The position numbers were made by a program, and so were the translations under genes. Below are positions 19,260 through 27,287 of a stretch of 59,879 nucleotides of DNA, in pieces; the first letter of the stretch is position 1; every line of letters begins with the position of its first letter. The stretch spans positions 1 to 59,879 of the forward strand of contig JBFWNU010000014.1 in NCBI GenBank assembly GCA_050250895.1. The letters are read 5' to 3'. The stretch is from Vulcanimicrobiota bacterium. Lineage in GTDB: Bacteria > Vulcanimicrobiota > Xenobia > Xenobiales > JADMJV01. The notes under the pieces were generated by a model, which saw only the letters and a program-made list of their open reading frames with translations, was not told the DNA's origin and ran no database searches.

Positions 19260-20015
19260 ATGATGATCAATCCCTCTGTCTGCAGCCCCGTCCCCAGCCG
19301 GGCCTGTCACTCCCGTTCTTGCACGACCGAGGCGTCGGCCGCCGCGTCTAGCGCTCCGGTCGACGCGGTGGAGTGCTCGGGTTGTTCGGCCGTGGCTTTG
19401 CCCGACCCGAAACAAGTCGGGCTCGAGGCTGCTGCCAGTGCGGTCGGAGGTCCCACCGGAGTGGCATTTCGACTTCTGGTTGCCGGTCCGCCCGGCAGCG
19501 GAAAAAGCACCCAGGGTCGCACCATTGCGGCCGAGCACGGCGTGCCTCACATCTCCACCGGCGATCTTCTAAGGGCTGAGGTCGAGGGTAAGACTGACCT
19601 GGGCAAGATTATCGGCCCTCTCATCGAGAAGGGCGAGATGGCCCCCGACGAGTTGATGTTGGAGATTCTCGACCAGCGCCTGGCCAAAGAGGATGCGCAA
19701 CAAGGTTTCGTGCTCGACGGCTTCCCTCGTACCATGGCTCAGGTTCCGGCCTTCGATGCCCGCTTTCCCGAGGGCGTGTCGCTCTTACATATCGATGTCG
19801 ACGATGACCAGGTTCGCCACCGCCTGCTAGCGCGCGGACGCAAGGACGACACCCTCGAGGTGATCAACCATCGGCTCGATGTCTATGCCGAGCAAACTCG
19901 CCCGGTCATCGAGGAATTCGCGAGCCGGGGTCTGGTCGTTCGCGTGGACGGCAACGGCGACATCGAGCAGACGGCCGCCAACGTCCGCCAGGCCCTGGAC
20001 CCTCACACGACCTGA
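19260..20015 (+). CDS. adk: Adenylate kinase (short LID) with about 70-aa N-terminal extension
   Basis: GPPGSGKSTQ, HISTGDLLR, LDGFPRT, RGRKDD. Confidence 0.88.
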   Translation: MMINPSVCSPVPSRACHSRSCTTEASAAASSAPVDAVECSGCSAVALPDPKQVGLEAAASAVGGPTGVAFRLLVAGPPGSGKSTQGRTIAAEHGVPHISTGDLLRAEVEGKTDLGKIIGPLIEKGEMAPDELMLEILDQRLAKEDAQQGFVLDGFPRTMAQVPAFDARFPEGVSLLHIDVDDDQVRHRLLARGRKDDTLEVINHRLDVYAEQTRPVIEEFASRGLVVRVDGNGDIEQTAANVRQALDPHTT

Positions 20016-20050
20016 AATACCCAGATTCGGTAGGCCGGGTCTGAACCGTG

Positions 20051-20435
20051 CTAAAGCCCCCGAGGTCCTCGGTCTCGAACTCGAGGTGCCACAAACCGGC
20101 CTCGACTAGCCTTTCGAATTCGTCTTGAAAGCCCAGAGTCTGATAAAGGTCCCATGGCGCGCCGCAGCATTTGTTGGGAAAGGTCGAGGGCAGTCAGGTT
20201 CTCGAGCCCGAGCCGCGCCAACTCGGCCCCCACCAATCCGGTGCCGGCTCCGACATCGAGCACCGGTGCCGCCGGCTCGATTCGGGCCGCCACCAGGCTG
20301 GCCGCCTGGCGGGGAGCGTGCCAGCCTAACTGGTCGAGGTCGAGGTCATAGTCTTGCGACCGGGCATCGTAGGCCAGCGAGAGTTGCGCTGGCTTTGGCT
20401 TGATAGACGCGCTCGAGATGCTCCTCGACGCTCAT
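20051..20435 (-). pseudogene. Frameshifted and truncated class I SAM-dependent methyltransferase
   Basis: ATG at 20435 overlaps the upstream stop. MSVEEHLERVYQAK then shifts frame to LAYDARSQDYD...VLDVGAGTG...LDLSQQML; the C-terminal half is missing. Confidence 0.7.
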
Positions 20436-20893
20436 TTGCCAATCATCTCGACCACCTTGTCGAGCAACTCGTTGGGGATGGGCACAGTCAGGTGGTACTG
20501 CGCGATCTTCCAGTCGGAGCCGCTTTTGACCATCACTCCGGAGCCGCGTGTCTGGCCATAATTGTCGTTGGCGAGAATCTCGTCGAACCAGGCGGTCTGG
20601 CCGTCTTGAGCCAGGTAGATCTTGCGAAAGGTGGGTCGATACGTCCAGCCCTTTCCTTTGGCGAAAATCGGCAGCGCATAGGCCTTGAATTGGTCGAGGT
20701 CCCAGCGTTCGCTCAGGTCGGTGCCGAGAAAGACCGCCTCGGGACTGAAGTGTCCAAAGTAGCGAGCGCCGTCGGCCTGAGAAGCGGCCTGGTGGAAGTC
20801 ATCGAGGACTCGGCCGACTTCTTCGCGCGGATCGGCCAGGGCCGGCGCCAGCATCAGCCACACCAGCAGCAGGGGTAGGAGGTTTCGCATCAC
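20432..20893 (-). CDS. Exported SnoaL-like/NTF2 protein
   Basis: Signal peptide; LDDFHQAAS, FLGTD-x-x-ERW, WKIAQYHL. Confidence 0.85.
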   Translation of the reverse strand: MMRNLLPLLLVWLMLAPALADPREEVGRVLDDFHQAASQADGARYFGHFSPEAVFLGTDLSERWDLDQFKAYALPIFAKGKGWTYRPTFRKIYLAQDGQTAWFDEILANDNYGQTRGSGVMVKSGSDWKIAQYHLTVPIPNELLDKVVEMIGK

Positions 20894-20929
20894 CGTCCAT
20901 TCACGGCGGGGGCAGAACCGACCTGCGGA

Positions 20930-22081
20930 TTATCTGGCCGGCACCGGTCGCACCGCGTCGAGCAGCTCCAGAAAACGCTCGAGATCGCCTCGATCGTTGT
21001 AAAAGTGGGGCGAAACGCGAATGCCACAGTCGGGTCGGTAGTCGACGATCACGTTGCGGCGCTCGAGTTCATCGCGCACCTCCCGGGCCCCTTCGAGGTC
21101 AAAACAGAGCATGCCATTGCGCTTTTCGCCATCGGCCGGCGACTTGAGCTGCAAACCCCGTTCTTGCAACTCGCTATAGAGCCACTCGGTAGCTCGCTGC
21201 GAACTCTGCCGTATCTGCTTGAGACCCACTTCGAGGATGGTCTTGATCCCTTCTCGGGCGGCATAGATGCCGGGCACGTTGGGGGTACCGCCCAGAAAAC
21301 GCCAGACCCCCTCGTGGTGTTGCCCGGCCCCGGTGTCGAGCTGATAGTCGAAGGGATCCTGCAAGCCAAACCAACCCGTCAGGCCGGGCTTGAGCTGCTC
21401 TAGCCGCTCGGGAGCGACATATAGATAGCCTGCCCCGGGGCCTCCGCACAGCCACTTGTGGGAGCCGCCAACGAAGAAATCTACCGGTGTGTCCCGCACT
21501 GAAACCGGCACCGAGCCCACGGTCTGGTATCCGTCCACCATCAGAAAGACATCGCGCCGACGCGTTTCGGCCGAAAGGGTGGCCAGATCGGCCAGGGCTC
21601 CCGAGCGAAAATAGGCATGGCTGGTGATGACCATCAGGGTGTCATCGTCGATAGCCTCAAGGAGGCGCTCGGCCGGCACCACCACCCCGTCGGGCGACTC
21701 GACGATGACCAGTTCGGCGCCCAATCTCTCCTGGCCCCGCCAGAGCGGGAAGGTGGTCGTGAATTCGAGGCTCGGGACGATGATCTTGCGGCGTTTCTTG
21801 TAGTCGAAGCAGCTGGCGACGGCCGCCATAGCCCGAGTCACGTTCTGCATCGGCACCACGGACTCGGTCGGGGCATCCAGGACCCGTTCGATCAAGCGGC
21901 CGAATTCGCGTACCGAGGTCCACCAGGGACCATCCCAGGCTTTGATGCCCAGGTGACTCCATTCGTGATAGTACTGGGCCAGCGACTCTTCGGTTTGGCG
22001 CGGTACCGCCCCCAGCGAGTGACTGCACAAGTAGGTGGTCGTGTCGAGAATCGGAAACCGCTCGCGCAGCAAGCCGTTCAT
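20930..22081 (-). CDS. kynU: Kynureninase-like class V PLP enzyme
   Basis: YLCSHSLG, DGYQTVG, SHKWLCGGPG; overlaps the TDO gene by 4 nt. Confidence 0.78.
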   Translation of the reverse strand: MNGLLRERFPILDTTTYLCSHSLGAVPRQTEESLAQYYHEWSHLGIKAWDGPWWTSVREFGRLIERVLDAPTESVVPMQNVTRAMAAVASCFDYKKRRKIIVPSLEFTTTFPLWRGQERLGAELVIVESPDGVVVPAERLLEAIDDDTLMVITSHAYFRSGALADLATLSAETRRRDVFLMVDGYQTVGSVPVSVRDTPVDFFVGGSHKWLCGGPGAGYLYVAPERLEQLKPGLTGWFGLQDPFDYQLDTGAGQHHEGVWRFLGGTPNVPGIYAAREGIKTILEVGLKQIRQSSQRATEWLYSELQERGLQLKSPADGEKRNGMLCFDLEGAREVRDELERRNVIVDYRPDCGIRVSPHFYNDRGDLERFLELLDAVRPVPAR

Positions 22082-22947
22082 AGAGTCTCCTGTTTTTCGA
22101 GGTAGGTACGCACCTCCCAGAGATACGGGAAGCACTGCTTGGTGGTGGTCGATTCGAGGTAGGACACCCCCTCTGAGCCTCCCGTCCCCGGCTTGTAGCC
22201 GATGCTGCGAGCCACCACTTTGACATGATGCTGGCGCCACAAACCCAACTGCAGGTCGAACTCCACCAGCGACTCGCTGAGCAGATAGAGGGGCAGGTTC
22301 TGATCGGGGTCTTGATAGATGCTGATCAGCGCGCCCATCACCTCCTTATGCTCCTCGTTTTCTTGCTGAGTCTCCAGGGCCGGGGCGTCGTAGCCCAGAT
22401 CGCGCAGCAAACGATAGTAGGTACCCCGCAGGCTGGGCCCCTCAAGACGGCGCTGCAGGCGCTCTTGAAGCTCGGGCTGACCGCGAAAAGCCTTGATGTA
22501 GGACGGATTTTTGAGTCCGGCTAGAAATTCCAACTCGCGGAACTGGACCGACTGAAAGCCGCTGGCGGGCATCAGGCGGTCGCGAAAGCCAAGAAATTCG
22601 GCCGGGGTCATCGTCTCGAGGATGTGGATCTGCTTGACCAGCAGCTTCATTACCTCGACGATGCGGCGCACGAAGTGGTTGGCGCGCAAGATGCGACCCA
22701 TCCGCATGAACTCGATGGCCCGCTCCATCTCATGCAGGATCAGCTTGAACCACAGTTCGTAGGCCTGGTGAATGATGATAAAGAGCATCTCGTCGTGATG
22801 CGGCGGAGAGGACTGCGAGATCTGCAAGCTCAGCAACTCGGGGACTTTGAGATACTCACCATAGGTGAGTCCTCCCTGAGTGCGAGGCACGCTGCCGGCC
22901 ATCGGGCAGCCGGGAAGATCGTCCTCGTGAGTCGTCGTGGGTTCCAT
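22078..22947 (-). CDS. kynA: Tryptophan 2,3-dioxygenase
   Basis: YGEYL, HDEMLFIIIHQAYELWFK, ASGFQS-QFR, GTGGS-GV-YL. Confidence 0.95.
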   Translation of the reverse strand: MEPTTTHEDDLPGCPMAGSVPRTQGGLTYGEYLKVPELLSLQISQSSPPHHDEMLFIIIHQAYELWFKLILHEMERAIEFMRMGRILRANHFVRRIVEVMKLLVKQIHILETMTPAEFLGFRDRLMPASGFQSVQFRELEFLAGLKNPSYIKAFRGQPELQERLQRRLEGPSLRGTYYRLLRDLGYDAPALETQQENEEHKEVMGALISIYQDPDQNLPLYLLSESLVEFDLQLGLWRQHHVKVVARSIGYKPGTGGSEGVSYLESTTTKQCFPYLWEVRTYLEKQETL

Positions 22948-23061
22948 ACCGATCATCTTACCCCCAGACCAGGGCGAGAAACGTTTCCCCGCAGGGGCCA
23001 ATGACGAGAAGTTCGCACTCTCTCAACCTGGCCTGGCCGAAAAAGAGCTAAGCTGGTATCG

Positions 23062-23628
23062 ATGATGATCCACGCCCACGCCCCTGTGCCTCGGACCTGG
23101 CAGTCGTTTCGCCCGGCCCATTCTGCGAGCGGCTCAGCCGCACCGTCCAGCGAACCCCAGGACCAGGTTGAACTCGGTTCGTTTCCCAGGTCGTGGGTGG
23201 GTGACTGGCAAGGCTCGCTGCACATCCAGGGCGGGAGTAACGACGGCGAAGTCGTGCCGATGAAATTATCGATCGCCCCGCGCGGTCCTGAGTGTTATAG
23301 CTGGACCATTCAGTACGGCGACCAGCCAGCCAGACCCTATGAACTGCAGACCATCGACGCAGCCAGTGGTCACTATCTGGTGGACGAGAAGAACGGAATC
23401 CTGATCGACTCCTTCTTGAGCGGCGACTCACTGGTCAGCCAGTTCGAGGTCAATTCCAAGCGGATTACAGCCCGCTATCGACAGACTGGCGAGCGGTTGG
23501 TGGTCGAGATGGAAACCTTCTCCAGCCAGCCCCTGCGGCGCTCCGGCGCGGGCAATTTCTTGGTCGACGCCTTCGCCCTCGAGAGCATCCAACGGGCCGA
23601 ACTCGTTAGAGCCGCGACTGGGTCCTGA
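23062..23628 (+). CDS. Hypothetical beta-rich protein with N-terminal leader
   Basis: FPRSWVGDWQG, RPYEL, DEKNGI globular domain after a low-complexity leader. Confidence 0.7.
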   Translation: MMIHAHAPVPRTWQSFRPAHSASGSAAPSSEPQDQVELGSFPRSWVGDWQGSLHIQGGSNDGEVVPMKLSIAPRGPECYSWTIQYGDQPARPYELQTIDAASGHYLVDEKNGILIDSFLSGDSLVSQFEVNSKRITARYRQTGERLVVEMETFSSQPLRRSGAGNFLVDAFALESIQRAELVRAATGS

Positions 23629-24307
23629 CGCAGCGGGCGAGCTGAGCGGCCTGGAAGTCGCTCAAACCGTCGAAATAGCAGCCAACATCCAGCGTGTCGT
23701 CAGGGGCCGGGTGCGACCAGGCCACCACCATGTGGGTCTCGACCACTGTCGTGCTGCGTCGGTCGGGCAGTTGCAGCGTGACGGGAAGTCGCTGGCCGGG
23801 TTGGAGCCTTTGTTTACAGCGAAAACCCATTCCCTGAACCGAAAGGTCGCGAGCGAACAGCATCCGGGATTGACCTTCAATTTCGGTGGCGAAGGCTAGT
23901 GGTAACCCCAGCCTGAAGAAGCGGCGTTTGCCACCGCCCCCGAAATTGGTCATCATCCGTTCGAGAGTGGCCGTCACCTCTTCGCTAGGGTAAAGGATCT
24001 GACAGCCGTGAACCCAGGTCCCCCCGGGCAGGCGCTCGGTCCACACGACCCTTACCCGCAGAGCCAGCCTGGCGGGCAGGGCCGGCCCGAAACCGGCTAG
24101 ATTGAGTTCAAACTCGAGGGTTCTTCCGGTTTCGAAGTGTTGATCCAGGTTGACCCGCAGCCCACCCAGCGAGATGTCGACCAGGTAGGCGTAGAAAACC
24201 TCGGGGTGACCACCTTCGTCAGCGATCTCGATCTGAGTCAGCTTGTTGACAGTAGAGATTTTGCGCGCCTGACGCCTGCGCTCACTCCCGGCTTGGCCAG
24301 TTTCCAC
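23606..24307 (-). CDS. Tandem PilZ-domain protein
   Basis: RRQAR...DISLGG and KRRFFR...DLSVQG. Confidence 0.85.
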   Translation of the reverse strand: METGQAGSERRRQARKISTVNKLTQIEIADEGGHPEVFYAYLVDISLGGLRVNLDQHFETGRTLEFELNLAGFGPALPARLALRVRVVWTERLPGGTWVHGCQILYPSEEVTATLERMMTNFGGGGKRRFFRLGLPLAFATEIEGQSRMLFARDLSVQGMGFRCKQRLQPGQRLPVTLQLPDRRSTTVVETHMVVAWSHPAPDDTLDVGCYFDGLSDFQAAQLARCVRTQSRL

Positions 24308-24343
24308 CCCTGGGGTTTCCGTGGGTTTGTGGCTGCGACCTGC

Positions 24344-25276
24344 TTACTCGAAGTGGGCTCGATCCTTGCCGCTCTTTTTGGATTTGTACATCTGGGCGTC
24401 GGCCCGCTTGAGCAGGTCGGCCACCTCGAGCTTTTCGCTGGTGGTGACGACGCCGATGCTCAGCCCCACCGGCCAGTCCTTCTGCTGCATACGATCGCGG
24501 GTCCGCTCCAGGATACGCTCGATGACGGTCTCGGCCTGATCCGAGCCGGTCTCGGGCATCAACACCAGAAACTCGTCCCCCCCGATGCGGGCCACGATGT
24601 CCGGCTTGCGAAGATTCTCGCGCAAGGTTTGAACCACCGTGGTCAAGACATCGTCCCCCGTCTCGTGACCGAGCTGGTCGTTGACGGTCTTGAAGTTATC
24701 GAGGTCGAGGTAGACCAGGGTGAGGGGACGCCCGTAGCGGGCAGCGCGCTCGATCTCGCCCTCCGCCAGTTCTTGGAAGTAACGTCTGTTGACGGCTCCC
24801 GTGAGGTGGTCTTTCTGGGACAGATCACGCACACGGTTGAGCTCGCGTCGGACCGTCCCCACCAGGTAATTGACGATCAGGAAAAAAGCGAGCCTCACAC
24901 CGGCGTTCCAATAGCCAATGACGGGATTGGAATAGATCTTTCCGTCGAGAACCTCGGCCGCCAGCCAGAGGATGCCCCCCAGAATGGCGAAGAGCCGGCC
25001 GGTAGGGCGTCCGGCGAACCACGAGATCAGGGCGATAGGGGCCAGATAGAAAATGGAAAAAGCCAATTCGTCGCCTGTTTCATAGTCAAGCCAGGCGACG
25101 ATGGCCATCCAGCAGAGCGCAACCGAGATCTGGGCCGGGCGAGAAGAGTGACCGAACCATCGCAGCGGTGGCCACTGTTCGAGGTCAAAGCGACTGGAGG
25201 ATCCTAGTTCAGACAAAGCCCTCGCCAATGGGGCCCCGCTGGTCCGGAGAGCAGCTCCAGGCCCCACCCATGGCAT
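24344..25276 (-). CDS. Membrane-anchored diguanylate cyclase (start uncertain, probably downstream of 25276)
   Basis: About 4 TM; DHLTG, DLDNFK-VND-x-x-GH, RIGGDEF; RKPD I-site. Confidence 0.88.
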   Translation of the reverse strand: MPWVGPGAALRTSGAPLARALSELGSSSRFDLEQWPPLRWFGHSSRPAQISVALCWMAIVAWLDYETGDELAFSIFYLAPIALISWFAGRPTGRLFAILGGILWLAAEVLDGKIYSNPVIGYWNAGVRLAFFLIVNYLVGTVRRELNRVRDLSQKDHLTGAVNRRYFQELAEGEIERAARYGRPLTLVYLDLDNFKTVNDQLGHETGDDVLTTVVQTLRENLRKPDIVARIGGDEFLVLMPETGSDQAETVIERILERTRDRMQQKDWPVGLSIGVVTTSEKLEVADLLKRADAQMYKSKKSGKDRAHFE

Positions 25277-25332
25277 CCGTCTATCTCGTTGGCGAGGAAC
25301 TCGAGTTCCTCGGGGGTGAGTTCGTCATCCAC
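25204..25332 (-). CDS. Putative 42-aa acidic small protein (MDDELTPEELEFLANEIDGCHGWGLELLSGPAGPHWRGLCLN)
   Basis: GTG start with GAGG upstream; below the ORF-track length cutoff. Confidence 0.4.
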   Translation of the reverse strand: MDDELTPEELEFLANEIDGCHGWGLELLSGPAGPHWRGLCLN

Positions 25333-25418
25333 ACGGGCTAATTCCTCACTCCAGGGTGTGGTTCCCCCGCGGGTCCCCCGAAAGAGGGGCGACCACCGGC
25401 CGGGTTGAAAGAAATTCT

Positions 25419-26216
25419 GTGCCCAAAGAGCGTGTTGATAAGCTTTTGGTCGCCCGGGGGCTGTGTGAGAGTCGAGAGCGCGCCCAGGCGCTGGTGATGG
25501 CTGGTCAGGTGTATGCTGCGGATCAAAAAGTGGTAAAGCCTGCCACGCAGGTGGAGCTGGATTGTCCCCTCGAGGTTCGTCAGGGACTGGCCTATGTGAG
25601 TCGGGGGGGGCTCAAGCTGGAAAAGGCTCTGGACAGCTTCGGGCTCGAAGTGTCGGGACGGGCTGCTCTGGATATCGGGGCCTCGACCGGCGGGTTCACC
25701 GACTGTCTACTCCAGCGCGGGGCGCGCTCGGTGATGGCCGTGGATGTGGGCAAAGGGCAATTGGCTTGGAAGCTGCGCCAGGATGCCCGGGTGCACGTGC
25801 TCGAGAAGGTCAACGCCCGTTACTTGACGGCCGAGCAGTTACCGACCCCGGTCGAGGCGGTGACGGCCGACGTCTCGTTCATCTCGCTGGAACTGATCCT
25901 CGAGCCGGTGGCGCGATTGCTCGCGCCCGAGGCCTGGGTAGTGACTCTGGTCAAACCGCAGTTCGAGGCCGGGCGCCGCCAGGTCGGCAAGGGTGGGGTC
26001 GTCCGCGACCCGTCGGTCCACCAACAGGTTATAGAAAAAGTCATGGCCTGTGGAGCGCGGCTCGGGCTGGTTTTGTCAGGACTGACTCACTCTCCCATTC
26101 AGGGTCCGGCCGGAAATATTGAATATTTGCTGGCGTTTGGGGGAAGACCAATAGATACGAGCGCGGAAGCGGTGGTGCGAGCAGCCCACCTACATTTTCG
26201 GGAGCAGGGAGTATAG
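25419..26216 (+). CDS. tlyA: TlyA-family RNA methyltransferase
   Basis: S4 domain; YVSRGGLKL, DIGASTGGFTD, DVSFIS, KPQFE, GNIEY. Confidence 0.95.
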   Translation: MPKERVDKLLVARGLCESRERAQALVMAGQVYAADQKVVKPATQVELDCPLEVRQGLAYVSRGGLKLEKALDSFGLEVSGRAALDIGASTGGFTDCLLQRGARSVMAVDVGKGQLAWKLRQDARVHVLEKVNARYLTAEQLPTPVEAVTADVSFISLELILEPVARLLAPEAWVVTLVKPQFEAGRRQVGKGGVVRDPSVHQQVIEKVMACGARLGLVLSGLTHSPIQGPAGNIEYLLAFGGRPIDTSAEAVVRAAHLHFREQGV

Positions 26217-27284
26217 ATGTCGGGACAAGCAAAAGTGGGGCTTTTGGTGGTCACTCTGGCTCTCATCATGCTCTACACAGCCCCGGGCCAGCATCGGCGC
26301 GCCCCGGTCCTGGGACATAGCCTCAAATTGCTGTTCACCCAGGTGCACGGTCTGCGCGAGGGTGATCCGGTCAAATTGGCGGGCGTGCCCAGCGGGGTCA
26401 TCACGCATATCGACTTCGCCTCGGAAGAGCTGCGCAATCAGTTTTCGCTGGTGACCGGCGGACTGCCGCTGATCGAGGTCTCGGTTTCGCTCAACGCCAA
26501 CGCCAAGGTGCCCTCGAACTCTTATTATCAAGCCATCAGCAACCTCAACGGCACGCGCTGGATCGACATCACCCCGGCCGGCGGTGACACCTATATTGGG
26601 GCCGGAGAACCGTTTTTTGCCGAGCGCACGTCGATCCAGGACGACCAGCTCACCCGCACTTTGCGCACATTGCGGACCCTGAGCGACCAGACGGTCGAGT
26701 TGCGCGACGCCATTGCCGACGCAGAGTTCCGTCGCCAGGTCAAGGACACCGTCTCGAACTTGCGTTTCTATTCGCGAGAGTTGGCCGAGGCCAGCCGTAA
26801 CGCCCCCGAGCAGTTGGCTGCGATCGAGCAAGAGATCGATCAGCAAGAGGCCCGGCTGCTGTCCCAGGTCGACAACATGGACGCCAAAGTGGCCGAGGTC
26901 CATGACCGTCTTCAGACCATGACTCCCCAGGTGCGAGAGAATCTCGCCGCCTGGCGCGAACGTCTCGACAAGTCCAGTGGCGAGATCGAGCAGATGTTGG
27001 AGCAGGCAGTCGCGCTGACGGACGACTACAACCGGGCGGTGGAAGAGGCGGTCGAGGGCTACTCGGACCCGGCCACGCTCGAGAAGTTCGTGATCACGGC
27101 CCGCAAGTGGAGCCGTCAGATCGATGCTATGATGGCCATCGCCACCGACCTTCACTCGCTCAGCTCGGACCCCAAAGTGCAAGAAGACCTCAAGGGCATG
27201 CTCACCAAGTTGAAAGGGCGCTCTGAAGACCTCAAGAAAAGGGTTGACCAGCTTGAGCGCAAGATCGACACGCTGCCGTTCTGA
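26217..27284 (+). CDS. MCE/MlaD-domain protein with helical extension
   Basis: N-terminal TM; GLREGDPVKLAGV; long helical C-terminus. Confidence 0.85.
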   Translation: MSGQAKVGLLVVTLALIMLYTAPGQHRRAPVLGHSLKLLFTQVHGLREGDPVKLAGVPSGVITHIDFASEELRNQFSLVTGGLPLIEVSVSLNANAKVPSNSYYQAISNLNGTRWIDITPAGGDTYIGAGEPFFAERTSIQDDQLTRTLRTLRTLSDQTVELRDAIADAEFRRQVKDTVSNLRFYSRELAEASRNAPEQLAAIEQEIDQQEARLLSQVDNMDAKVAEVHDRLQTMTPQVRENLAAWRERLDKSSGEIEQMLEQAVALTDDYNRAVEEAVEGYSDPATLEKFVITARKWSRQIDAMMAIATDLHSLSSDPKVQEDLKGMLTKLKGRSEDLKKRVDQLERKIDTLPF

Positions 27285-27287
27285 CCT

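Noticed and set aside
25293-25312. 20-bp perfect palindrome as an operator
   Set aside because: It can arise from the codons for P-E-E-L-E-F-L-A in the small ORF, and there is no independent support.
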